NCBI GenBank assembly: GCA_013239625.1
Contig: MU053557.1
Location: 3,688,123-3,752,122, forward strand
DNA: 64,000 bases
Source: Lama guanicoe
Lineage: Eukaryota
Direction of reading: 5' to 3'
The translations under genes were made by a program, and so were the position numbers. The notes under the pieces were generated by a model. It was given only the letters and a program-made list of their open reading frames with translations. It had not been told where the DNA came from and did not search any database. Shown piece by piece: positions 11,590 to 24,143 of this stretch (positions within the stretch are counted from its first letter, which is position 1; each line of letters opens with the position of its first letter).

Positions 11590-13560
11590 TTAGGAATATT
11601 ATTGGGAAATAAAGCTGGAAAGGAAGGTTAGAATCAGACTGTGCTGTAAGTTGACATGCCAAGGTGTCTGGATTTTTTTCCTCCAAGCAAAAGGAAGCCA
11701 TCCCAAAGGCATGGTCCCTGACCTCATAGAATTTATAATGCATCAGAAGAGAAACAATGGACCCATAAACAGTAAATTAATACAATTGTTACAGAGACAA
11801 ATGCCATGAAGGAGGTTCAAATAGTGCTTTGATAGAAAATAATGAAGGCCTTCATTTTAGGTATGTTTCTCAGGGAAAACAGTGACATTTAATTTGAGAC
11901 ATGAAGGTTGAGATAAGAAGTAAGTTATGGGAAGGGTCAGGTAGAAGAACAGCTTTCCAGATAAAGGATATAAAAGAAGTAAAATCTCTGAGTTAGGAGA
12001 GAGTTTGTGATATCGTAGAAACAGAAAGAAGGGTAGTGCAGTGAAAGAGAGGTGAACAGAGGGAAGGGACACACGTGATGGAGATAAAGTGCGAGGCAAA
12101 AGTGAGGTTATGCAGGGCATTGTTGGCCACAGTAAAATATTTCGTTAATTATAAATATAATGGACATCTGTTGGATGGTTGCTAAAAGGGAGACCTAAGA
12201 CCTGATTTCATTTGGGTCTTTGGTCTTAAGCAACCTACTTTACCACTCTGAGCCTTGGACCTCATAGTTATGCTGTGAAGATAAAATTAATTAGTATGTG
12301 TAAAGCACTTAAACAGTGCCTAACATGTATTTGATGTGTCTGATGATGATGATGATTATTACTATCTTTCAAAAAAGGCAATCTGAATATACTGAAAGAG
12401 GGTTATGGGTTAAGAATGAAAGATAGCTACTTAAAATTTCAAAAGTTAGGTGAGAGCCCTTGATGGCCAGACCTAAGGATGATAGTAGAGGTGGAAAGAA
12501 TATCATATTGATTCATGATCATTACAAGGTGGATCTTCAAGAATAGATGATGGATTGCATCTGATGGTCGAGCGAAGTGGAAAAATCAAGAACAATTCCT
12601 AGGTTTTTGGTATTATCAGTTGGCATTATGGTGTCATTTACTAATAGGACAGATTGCAGGTGGGGGTCAAGTTTGGGTAGGGGAAGTCAAGAGTTCTATC
12701 TTACATGAATAAAATCAAATAAACATGCAAGCGTTGATAATGAAGATAAGAATATGAGGGTAGATTTGGAATTTTATGGATAGAACAGATAAGATATTGT
12801 GACTAATTAGATGTGCCTGAATTAAAAAGGTGTTAAAGGTGACTTTTAGGTTTCTAGGTAGGGCTGGGGAAACTCTAACTAAAATTCCCTCTTTAGGGAA
12901 ATGAACAGGAGGAGACTTTGGTGTGGAGAAGAAATGGTAAGGTTGGTTTTGGATATGTAAGTAATAATGACTGATAGAGAGTTAGAAGTTTGGATCAAGG
13001 GGGAGATTGAGATGGGAGATAATGATTTAGGGTTAACCTCATATAGCTGAACCGTAATGGGCCAAGAATTAATTTGTGAAACATGGCCGATTTAAGAAGT
13101 AGTCAGTGAAGGAAAGGAAAACAAGTAAATATGGGAAAGAGTGTTCTGTGTGGTAAAAGCACAGTTGAAGAGAGTAGTGCTCCTGAAATGAAAGGCAGAG
13201 AGAGTTCATAGGAAAGTGTAGTAATTGTGTCACGTTTTGATGAGAAACGAAAAACAAATTTATCTTTCAATAGCTCATGCTCAGTGATTTTCAGTAAAGT
13301 TGTGGGAGAGAAGATAAATTAGATTTGGTGAATGGTTAAGTGAATAAGTGAATGACTGAGAGGCAGGGAAGTAGAAGCCATCAGTAGACACTGCCCTTCA
13401 GAGGACCTTGGCAAAGTGAGAAGAAGGGAGAATGGAGGGAGTAAGGAAGAGAGAGATAAAGCATGTTTGTGGGTTAAAGGAAAAACATCCTGTTGTGGTG
13501 AGAACACAATCAGGAAATTTGATAGGGTGATGCGTTGAAGACGTGGGAGTACTGGGATAC
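11590..13560. mobile_element. Cluster of degenerate L2 fragments with an inserted MIR (~12200-12350)
   Basis: Purine-rich L2 motifs: GGTCCCTGACCTCATAGAATTTATA, GAAAACAGTGACATTTAATTTGAGACATGAAGG, CCTAGGTTTTTGG, TTTTAGGTTTCTAGG. Confidence 0.7.
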
Positions 13561-13917
13561 AGAAGAGAGGCAGGGGATTAGCCTTGCAGAACTGCAGTCA
13601 TCCTCCTTCTCAGATAAACTGGACAAAGAAAAAGTTAGATAAAATTGTAGATATATTTTGAAGTGAAAAGAAGGAACATGAAGTGAAATTTAAGGTCTTC
13701 TCCATACGTTAAGGAAGGTAATGGTCATTGCCACTCAACAAGCGCTATATTTTGTATCTGATTTTTGTCAAGGGGCTGTCGTGGGGACACAGCGGTGACT
13801 CTACTACACGCATTGAGCTGAGACACAGAGAACTTAAATAAAGGGGCTCAGGTCATAGAAACAGTAACTAGTAGAACTGGAATTCAAAGTTAGATGTCCC
13901 TGAATCCACAGCCTAGT

Positions 13918-13962
13918 TGTTGTTGTTTTCTTCGATTGAAGTATAGTCAGTTTACAATGTTG
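13918..13962 (-). mobile_element. Ultra-short L1 3' tip inserted in a MIR
   Basis: ATTGAAGTATAGTCAGTTTACAATGTTG is the reverse complement of the L1 terminus seen at 21850-21877. Confidence 0.75.
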
Positions 13963-15609
13963 CAGAGCCTGGTTTCTTAAATAGGAGCTCTGCCCGCACA
14001 AGAAAATAGCTGGTCTTTACTGCTTGGGTGTGGAATTTGCAGAGAGAAGCCATGGAAGTAAGTTCAAGAGCCTGTGGTGCTGAAGGTGAGAGAGACCTTG
14101 ATATATTCAGCATTGAATTTAGGTTGGGATAAAAATTAGAAGCTAAAAGGGGATATTCATCCAGAGATACTAGGAAGGGGAGATGAGACTCTGGGTGTGA
14201 TTAACGTGAGAAGCAAGTTGAGTGGACTTAGAGAGTGGGCAAGATAGAAAGAAGGTGATCTGATCAGAAAGGGGACTTGTTTTGCATCTTGGGGAGGGAG
14301 GATTTCCATGTCATGATGAGGCCTAGGGTGCTGCTATGTTGTACAGGTGGCTAAGGTAGAAAATTCCACAAAGAAGGCTTATAGGAGAACTCAGAGAACA
14401 CACCAATCAGGGAAGAAAACTGGGGGGCAAACAATTCACATGCCTTAATAAAATCTAAAGGTTTAACTACTATATACAGTTGTGAATGATAGTTTAAATT
14501 ATGTGAGTTATTTTTCATTCAAGGAGGCAAAAATATGTGTGTATAGATTTTCAGAATTATTTTCCCCCTGGACGTGGGTAAGCCATATGGTATGTAAAGG
14601 GTAAATTCTCAATTATTCAGAAATTTTGACCATATTGAATAACTCATTGTCTACCATATTGACTTACCAATTTGACTTTATTTAAAAGTATTTCCCCTAC
14701 TTTTATGCTCACTTAATTGCTGGCCCCAGCTGTTTGATCCTTCTGTTACACATGGCCAAGTTGGCTGCGTGTCTGTCAAGTCTAGTGCCAGCAGGTGCAC
14801 AGGCCCTCTGATTCCCAAGAACCTTATTCTTTGGTGATATATCTCAACTGAGCTTCCCTGCACTGTTGGGTAAGCTCTTCCCTCCTTCAGATAACATCTC
14901 AGGGAGTTCCCACCCACATTGCACCTGAGAGTCCCAGCTGCTTCCTGCAGACTCATACTTTCGATAGCTCCAAAAATATCTCCAGTCATCTAGTTTTTCG
15001 GTCGTCTTTCTGATACAAGTAAAAATCTTCAAGTAATAAGAGCAGTAGCAAATATATGTATGGCATAGCTTTCAAAATGCTTCTGTTTGCACATTTTTGT
15101 CCTCACTTCAGTAATGTGAGAAGGCTGAAATTATTTTCAATTTACTGACCATTGAGAGAAGTCAAATTACTTGTCCAAAGTTGTTTCTCCTAGTCAGGAA
15201 AGTGACCAGTCTTCTGAAATTAAATCTCACTCCCAAGAGCTTTATCCTCTTTTAAAAAAAAATGTAGTATTAGAACTGGAAGAAAGATTTTAGGAATCAT
15301 TAATTGTGACTTTCCATTTATGGCTAATATCCCATCCTCAATATTCTTAAAGAGATAGACGGTACATTACCTCTTGAAGCAAGGTAGTCTATCTTAGATT
15401 ATTTGCTTTTCCTTATAAGAAGCTGAATTGGTCTCCTCATAATCTCTACCCATGGATCCCAGTTCACCTTTTGTAGCTGCAGAGACTAAAGGAATCAGTA
15501 CCCACTTTCCCTAGATAACCTTTCATTCTTTTCAGGTCCTTTTCTCTGGGTACAATTTTTTTTCTATTATTTTACAGGACAAATTTTCCAGACTCTTTTC
15601 TGGAAATAA

Positions 15610-16340
15610 GTATCTTGTTACTGAGTCGAATTTATACATTAAATTTGGGGAGATTTGAAATTTTTTACAATTTCAAGTCTGTTTATTCATGGTCATGTAT
15701 TTCTCCATTTATTTCAATATTTAAAAATTTCTCTCAAATACTGTTTCATGATTTTCAGTGTAGAGGTTTTGTGCATTTTTCACTATATTTGTTCCTAAAA
15801 TTTTGATGTTTCATTTTGAATTTCATTGTTTATTGCTGGTTTATAGAGCTACAATTGATTTTTTAAAAGGACCTTGTTTATAGCAGTCTTGCTAATGCCA
15901 TATATTTATTTTAATAATTTATTTATAGATTCTTTTGGATTTTCTGTGCCCACAATTAGGTTTTCTAGAAATAATGACAGTTTTATTTCTTCCTTTCTAA
16001 TTCTTATGCCTTAGTTTCTTTTCTTGCCTTATTGCATTGACTAGGACCACCACCAGTACTATGATGGATACAGATAGTATTAGCAGAAATCTTTATTTCC
16101 TATTCCAAGTGAAAATTTCAGTATTTCACCATTGAGAATAATGATTGCTTTAATTTTCTCCCTGTATTCCTTGTGAGATTCTAGTTTGCTAAGTGTTTTT
16201 AACATGTATTGAATTGTTATTCAGGCTATTTCTGCTGTTATATGATCATGTGGCTTTATTTCTTTTCTTCACTAATATGACAATAACATTGACATAACTT
16301 TGAATAAATCTTTGCATAATTGGGGAAAATTCACCTTTTT
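15610..16340 (-). mobile_element. Old L1M ORF2 fragment
   Basis: TTTGGGGAGA-TTGA, GATTCTTTTGGATTTTCT, AAATAATGACAGTTTTATTTCTTCCTTTC, CTTGCCTTATTGCATTGACTAGGACC. Confidence 0.8.
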
Positions 16341-16342
16341 TA

Positions 16343-17308
16343 AAAAATTGAAGTCAGTTACAACGTGTCAACTTCTGGTGTACAGCACAATGTTCCAGCC
16401 ATGCATATACATACATACATTCATTTTCATTAAAAATTATTACAAGATACTGAATATAGTTCCCTGTGCTATAAAGAAGAAACTTTTTAAAATCTATTTT
16501 TACATATAGTGGTTAAAATTTGTATATCTCAAACTCCCAAATTTATATCTTCTCACTACTTTTCCCTGGGTAACCATAAGATTGTTTACTATGTCTGCAA
16601 GTCTGTTTTTGTTTTGTAGATGAGTTCATAGTGTCCTTTGTTTTCTTCTTCTTTTTTTTAGATTCTGCATATAAGTGATACCATATGGTATTTTTCTCTT
16701 TCTGACTTACTTCACTTAGAATGATGATCTCTAGATCCATCCATGTTGCTGCAAATGGCATTATTTTATTCTTTTTTATGGCTGAGTAATATTCCATTGT
16801 ATAAATATACCACAACTTCTTTATCCAGTCATATGCTGATAGACATTTAGGTTGCTTGCATGTCTTGGCTATTGTATGTACATAGTGCTGCTGTGAACAT
16901 TGGGGTGTGTGTATCTTTTTGAATTAGAGTTCCCTCCAGATGTATGCCCAGGAGTGGGATTGCTGGATCATACGGTAAGTCTGTTTTTAGTTTTTTTGAG
17001 GAATCTCCATACTATTCTCCATAATGGTTACACCAGACTACATTCCCACCAGCAGTGTAGGAAGGTTCCCTTTTCTCCACACCCTCTCTAGCATTTATCA
17101 TTTGTGAACTTTTGAATGATGGCCATTCTGACTGGTGTGCGGTGATACCTCATTGTAGTTTTGATTTGCATTTCTCTGATAACTAGTGATATTGAGCATT
17201 TTTTCATGTGCCTATTGGCCATTTGTATGTCTTCATTGGAGAATTGCTTGTTTAGGACTTCTGCCCGTTTTTGGATTAGGTTGTTTGTTTTTTTGTTATA
17301 AAGTTTTA
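16343..17308 (-). mobile_element. Younger 5'-truncated L1 (camelid-type 3'UTR) nested in old L1M
   Basis: Minus-strand peptide WYIYTMEYYSAIKKNKIMPFAATWMDLEIIILSEVSQKEK; 3'UTR of the same type as 38389-38786. Confidence 0.96.
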
Positions 17309-17359
17309 TATATCATCTCCCGCTGTCTCTTCCCCTCTCCCCAACACACACACATGTAA

Positions 17360-20300
17360 CATGTTAAGGATTTTTGTGTCTATATTCATGTAAGAGATTG
17401 GTTTCTAATTTTTCCTTCTTGTATGTCTTTGTCAGTTTTGGAATTAATGCTATGCCAGCTTCGTAAGCAGAATTAGGGGTTGTTTTCCTCTTTCTCTGTG
17501 AAACTTTCTAAGTAACAGTTTTGATTTTCTTAATGTGTTTCACACAAGTTAGATTTTTTTTACTTCTTCTGTCAGATTTCACAAATTGTGTTTTCATAGG
17601 ATGTTTCCATTTCATCAAACTGTAAATTAGGTAGTATGTACTTGTTTATTATATATTTTTGCTGTCCATAGAATATTTTATGATATCCTCTTTTTAATTT
17701 CTGATACTGATCATTTGTGGGCTTTTATCCTTTTTTTCTTTATCAGTTTTGCTAGGGTTTATCTATTTATTAAACTTTGTAAAGAACTAGTGTTTCCTGT
17801 TGTTGGTTTTCCATCCTATACATTTATTTTCTGTTTCACTGATTTCAGCTCTTTGGTTTATTATTCCTTTCTTTTTAGTATTCTAAGGAATACTTTCTAT
17901 TTATTTTAAGCCTTCTTGGGATTGAAGCTGAGATTATTAATTTTTTGACTCCTCTTTTGAAAGTAATGATACATATAAAGCTATAAATTTCCTCCCTCAC
18001 CCTTCTTACCCGAATTCCTAAGCAGGCATCTTTTTCTTATCTTTCATTTAAAATATTTATACTTTTTGTGTGAATTTTCTTATTTGACCAATGTACTATT
18101 TAGAAATTTTTTTTATTTCTAGCTAAGTTGAGTTTTGTCTAATTATACTTATTTTTCTTGGTTGTACATAAGTAGTTTTGAAGTATAACTTACATGTAGT
18201 AGGTATACATATCATAAATTAAAATCTTGCTGAATGTATTAGTTTTACTCATTCTTGAACATAATATAAATGCAATCACATAGTATATTCATGCTTTGGT
18301 GTCTAGCTCCTTTCACTCAATGTAATGTTTTGAAATTTATTTCATGTATGTATGTTACTGTTTACTTTGAGCAGTATTACATTGTGTGAATATGCTTCAA
18401 TTTATTTATCTACCCTACTGTTGATGGACATTTGAATTTTTCTGATATGAGGATGCTGATTTAGATTCTTGTACATGTCTTTTAGCGAAAATACACACTC
18501 ACTTCTCTTGAGTTTATAGCTAGGAGTTTGATGGGTGTGTCATAGGGTAGGCAAATATTTGGCTTCAGGAGATGTTGCTCAATAGTTTTTCAAAGTGGCT
18601 GAACCAATTTATACTCCCACCAGGAATGCATGAGAGTTCAAGTTGCTCAATATACTCCCCAATACTTGACATTGTCAGTCCTCTTAATTTTAGCCCTCTT
18701 GTTTGGTGTATAGTGCTATATCATTGTGATTTTAATTTGTGTTTCTCTGATTACTTATATTGCTTTATGCATTTTGATATGCACATTGGCTTCTTGGATA
18801 TTCTATATTTTGAAGTGTCATTCAAGTCCTTTGCCCATTTATTTGTTAGGTTGTTTTCCTTTTTCTTATTAGGTCATAAGAATATTTCTGGTTTCAGTGT
18901 TCTTTTCCTTTGGTCTATTTTTCTGTCTTGACACCGAATTCATAATTGTCTTAAGTTGTTGCTTTCCAGAACATCTTGGAATCTTGTAATCTCAAATTTA
19001 TTCTCCTTCTTTAATATTGTCCTGACTATTCTATGTCTGAATTTATGTATAAACTTTGGAATCAGCATGTCAATTTTCAAAAAATTGCAAAAGAAGAAAG
19101 CCCAGTTAAAAAAAATGGCCTTATTGATTGGGATTGCATTGTATCTATAGACGAATTTTGGGAGAATTAACATCTTGAATATTGATTTTTTTTGACCCAT
19201 GAGCACAGAATATCTTTTCATTTATTTGAGTCTTTAATTTCTCTCAGCAATGGTTTATAGTTTTTAGCACAGAGATCTTGCATAACTTTCTGAAGATTTA
19301 TTCCTAAGTGTTTGGTTTTCTAAAAAATTATATTGTAAATGGTTTCATGTTATCTTATTTTTAAATTATTTGTTGCTAGTATGTAGAAATACAACTGGCT
19401 TTTGTGAATTGATCTTGGATCTAGTGACCTTGCTAAATTGATTTTTATACTTTATTATATCTTGTATTTGATGTTTTAGGTTGACAGTCATGCCATCTGT
19501 GAAAGAAAGACAGTTTTACATACTTCTTTATAAACATCATAACCTTTTAATTTTGGCTAGAACTAACTTCATAATGATGAATTGAAGTAGTGGTAGTTGA
19601 CATCCTTTTCTTATTTCTGACTTTAGGGGACAAGTGCAACATATTAATGTAATAAATGTATTAATCATAGTTAACAAAATTTCTTTGTCTGCTAATGACA
19701 CGTTTCTTCTCCTTCTGCATGATTTTTCTGTTGATCATTCGGTATATATTCTTGCCACATTGCTTATCTAGTATTTTGGACATAGTGTATAATGTAATCA
19801 TAAAGTCTTCATCAAGATGATGGTATTTTCTACCAGAGCTGTCCAACCCCTACATTTTATTTTTTCTTTTAGACAGATGGGGCAAGAGCCTGATCACATA
19901 AATCCAATCAGGGGTTAAATTGTTTGGGATTAAGGAGTTTTAGTAAAATTAGTATATATCTGGATTCTATTATAGCCCTTCCGGACTTTTGATTGAGACT
20001 TTGGGGTGTGTGCCTTGAAAGACTAGGAAATTAAGTTCTGCCCTTCAAAGATTACTAATTAATTTTTTTTGCGGTCAGAGAAAAATCTCTTGCATAGTTC
20101 AAATCCTTTTGAATTTGTTAAGATTAGTTTTATAGCTCATTATATGATCTGTCTTGGTGAATGTTCTGTGTGCATTGGAAAGAAAATGTGAACTCTTTTC
20201 TTGTTGGGCAGAGTGTTCTCTCACTATGAAGTAGGCTGGTAAGTGATAATGTTAATATCTTTATATCCTGATTTTCCTTTGCTTGTTCTATCTGTCACTG

Positions 20301-21120
20301 AAGACTGTTAAGAAAAGACTGTTGACATCTCCACATTTAATTAGGATTTGTCTATTTTTCTATTAGGTTCTATCAGTTTTTACTTCATGTATTTGACACT
20401 CTGTTGTTAGATGCATGCAAATTTAACACTATGTATACTTGATAACTCAGTCCCTTTTTCTTGATGTAATATATCTCTTTTTTCTTGGAAATATTTCTGG
20501 TTCTGAAATCTACTTTGTCTAATACTGGTATGGCCACTGCAGCTTTCTTTTGATGATTTTTTTTAACCTTTTAACACTTGATTTATATTTTTTATATTTA
20601 AAATGGTTTTGCTAGAGATACTACATAGTTGGGTCTTGGCTTTTTATCTAGTCTAAGTATTTCTGCCTTTTAATTGGGATATTTATATTTAATGTAAATA
20701 CTGATAATATAGAATTGGGATCTACCATTTTATTACATATAAGTTCTTTTCTCTTCTGTATTTTTGTTCTCTATTTCTCCTTCCCCTCTACCTTTGGATT
20801 AATTGAGTATTTTTCTGGGATTTCACTGTATCTCCACTACTGCTTATTGGTTATGTCTCATTAAATTTTTTTTTCAGTTTTACTGTAGTGTTTTCAATAT
20901 ACATTTTAACTTTTTTTTACAGCCTATAATTAAATATTATGCCAACCATTTATTATTTAACAACCTTACAATAGTATATTTATTGTTCCTCCCTTCAGTC
21001 ATTTATACCCCTGTGGTCCTATGTTTCATTTCCTCATATGTAATAAATCCCCAAATGTATTTAGCTATTTCTGCTTTAGGAGATCACATCTTTTAAAGTA
21101 ATTAATAAAAAATAATGTTT
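17360..21120 (-). mobile_element. Stack of old L1M fragments (includes an L1MB/ME-type 3'UTR and ORF2 piece at ~18150-19650)
   Basis: Peptide KSIFKMLILPKFVYRYNAIPI...DMLIPKFI...RIVRTILKKENK (18940-19221) is L1 ORF2p-like; T-rich antisense L1 motifs throughout. Confidence 0.8.
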
Positions 21121-21238
21121 AAATTTGGATTTGAAAGTTAGTAAAAGTGAAATCTCACTTCATTTCACTCATTTCTATTTGGATATTATTGACTAAGTTT
21201 GACATTTTCCCTCATTCTTTAAAAAAGATATGACTCTT

Positions 21239-21881
21239 GGCCATTTGTATGTCTTCATTGGAGAATTGCTTGTTGAGGTCTTCTACCCATTTTTGGATTG
21301 GGTTGTTTTTTTTTTTATTTTTAAGTTGTACGAGCAATTTAAATATTCTGGAAATTAAGCCCTTGTCAGCTCATCTTTTGCAAATATTTTCTCCTGTTCT
21401 GTAGCTTGTCTTTTTGTTTTGCTATGGTTTCCTTTGCTGTGCAAAAGCTTATAAGTTTAATTAGGTCTGATCTGTTTATTTTTGCTTTTATTTCTTTTGT
21501 CTGGGTAGACTGCCCTAGGAGAACATTGCTAAGACATATGTGGAATCATAAAAAAAAAAAAAAGACAAACGAACTTATTTACAAAACAGAAACAGACTCA
21601 CAGACATAGAAAACAAACTTACAGTTATCGGAGGGGAAGAGAATGGGAAGGGATAAACTGGGAGTTCAAGATTTGCAGATACTAACTTATATATAAAATT
21701 GATTAAAAAAACAAGTTCATACTGTATAGCACAGGGAACTATATTCGGTATCTTTAAGTAACTTATGGTGAAAAAGAGTATGAATGAAAATGAATATATG
21801 TATGTCCATGTGTGACTGAAGCTTTATGCTGTACAACAGAAATTGACACAACATTGTAAACTGACTATACTTCAATAAAAA
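21239..21881 (+). mobile_element. L1 with 5' inversion (antisense ORF2 at 21239-21534, sense 3'UTR at 21535-21881)
   Basis: Orientation switch at GAACATTGCTAAGA|CATATGTGGAATC; TSD AAAAAAGATATGACTCTT at 21221-21238 and 22219-22236. Confidence 0.93.
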
Positions 21882-22126
21882 TATATATTAAAAATTTTAA
21901 AATGCAGATAGACTAATAGCACCAAAAATCCCCTAATAAATACATAAAATAATATTTAGAAATGCTATTAACAAAGCCCAGAAGAGAATAAATTTAAGCT
22001 TAAGCTATCAGTTGTTTATTGTCAAATTAGCAAATATTTTCAAGGATTATAATAATAAATTTTGTCATGAAATAATGAAAAGGGCAACATATCTGGACAA
22101 TGTGTATCAATATAATTAAAAAACCT

Positions 22127-22198
22127 GTATATATATATATATGTGTGTGTGTGTGTATTTATACATACATACACACATACATACATATACACATATAC
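22127..22198. repeat. Compound (TA)n(TG)n(TACA)n microsatellite
   Basis: Directly visible. Confidence 0.9.
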
Positions 22199-22984
22199 TT
22201 TGGACCCTGCCCCCACCAAAAAAAGATATGACTCTTTCCTTCTATGATACATCTTTGTTTTGTGAGATTTTAATAAATATTTCAACCTAGTGAAAATTCA
22301 CTGGTTAAATGATTTTAGAAAATGCTGTATATTTTATTTTTCTTTAGGAATTTCACATGCATATTAACAGTTTAAAGAAGTCCTGGAGCCAAGCAAAGTT
22401 ACTTAATTTGTTTAAACCAAGATTAGCAAACCATATTTGACTTTAAAATGCTTTTTTTCAAATGATACAATTATAAATACTTAGTCTTCTACAGAACATA
22501 TTATGGTTACTGTTTTAGAATATATAATTTTTTTCATTTTTATTGTTCCTAAATGCATATAAGTTAAATGATTTATTGTATTTCGTTCAATCATCCTTTC
22601 ACACTACCCTCACCCTCAAGTAAGTTGGATGCCTACCATGTGACAGACTTTGTAATTTATACAAATAATTTTGATCTTTGAACACGAATAATCTAGTTTC
22701 AAACTCAATACTCTTTGTATTATACTTTCCCACAGTATTGGAGGGGACTTCATTAAAACTTATTTATAATTCCAGGTATTTCTAAGCCATTATGTCATGA
22801 AATGTAAAATTCAAACCTAATCTTTTCCTTATTGCATGATCTTCAGTAAATTTCTTCCCTGTTCGACAGAGCAATTTTTTACGTATGCATTCCTAAATGT
22901 AATTTATATAGTTGTAATTTGATAGAAAATGAGATGCAGACAAGCATCTTAGTATGCCAGCATTTTTTATTTCCTTCTTTCATT

Positions 22985-23385
22985 TTCTTTTTGGATATAA
23001 TTTGCATGCAATAAAATTTGCAAATCTTAAGTGTATAGTTTGATGCACTTTATTTATATATCTATCTGTGTAATTGCCATTCAGATCAAAGTAGAGATAT
23101 TTTTTGATTGCCTTAAAGATTTCTTTGTGCCTCTTTATAGTAAACATCTTTTACCCCCAGCCACAGAGGTTACCATTATTTGAATTTCAGTCACCACAGA
23201 TTTGTTTTTATCTATTTGGAACTTTATATAAAAGGAATTATATACCATATAGTTTTTTTTTTTAAAAAAAAAAGACATAATTCATTTTCTTTTTCTTGTA
23301 TTGAAACTTTACTTGGTGGCCCTTGTAGTCTTTTGTGTCTTTAAGATTCATCCAAGTTAATGTCAGTAGGAATTGCATTTCTTAA
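22985..23385 (-). mobile_element. Old L1ME-type 3'UTR fragment
   Basis: GATATAATTTGCATGCAATAAAATTTGCAAATCTTAAGTGTATAGTTTGATG...GAACTTTATATAAAAGGAATTATA. Confidence 0.75.
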
Positions 23386-23829
23386 TCTGTGTAATGAAAA
23401 GGGCTGGGCTCGATGAGCTCTAAGGACTTACTGAGTTCTGACGATAAGTGAGACACTCTTTCCACTGCTTGGCAAGAATTAAAATGCAGGAATTCTGACA
23501 TGAACCAGTTGCCATGATACCATAATAATACTGGGAATGACAGCTCTGAATGTGTAATCCGGAGAGCACTGACGTCCGTGTCCGGGCCGGAAACATTTTA
23601 TGCACCTGTGTTATGTAAAGACAGAAACTTTGTTCTATCTCAGGATGCCCTCACTGACATCTGAGCCCTCCCTTATCCAGCATTCTTCTGGTGTGAATTA
23701 CTAAATTGAATTGCCAATATTACAATTGAAACAGTCATTGGTAAACTGGCTTAAAATAAGACTCCGGTGAAAAGCTCCCTCCTAATTTTGTTTAGGAGTC
23801 CATATGGGTAGGGTTTAAGGGGAGTCCAT

Positions 23830-24035
23830 GGAGTTAGGGAAACTCATTTTTAAATCCTGATGTTTCACTTCTACCCTCGTGTGTGACGTCAGGCAAGTCT
23901 TAAACTCTCCAAGTCGGTTTTCTCACCTGGAAATGGAGATAGTGATAGCTACCTCACAGGGCTCTTGTGAAGATCCAAAGGAGATAATGCCTGCAAAGTG
24001 CTCAGAGTGCCTGGAATATGGGCAGTGCTCCATCC
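23830..24035. mobile_element. MIR SINE
   Basis: GGCAAGTCTTAAACTCTC...GTTTTCTCACCTGGAAATGG...CTACCTCACAGGGCT-TTGTGAAGAT...AGAGTGCCTGG. Confidence 0.8.
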
Positions 24036-24124
24036 AGGGCTGTTGCGTCTCAGCAAAGTCTGCCAACCTGTGCTCCTGTGACTACAGTTTCCCCCTGCGG
24101 TTCCCTGTCTATGCCAGTTCCATT

Positions 24125-24143
24125 TGTTGCCATCTGGTGGGGG
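24125..24143 (-). promoter_or_regulatory. Candidate CTCF site
   Basis: Minus strand CCCCCACCAGATGGCAACA matches the CCASYAGRKGGCR core. Confidence 0.5.
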
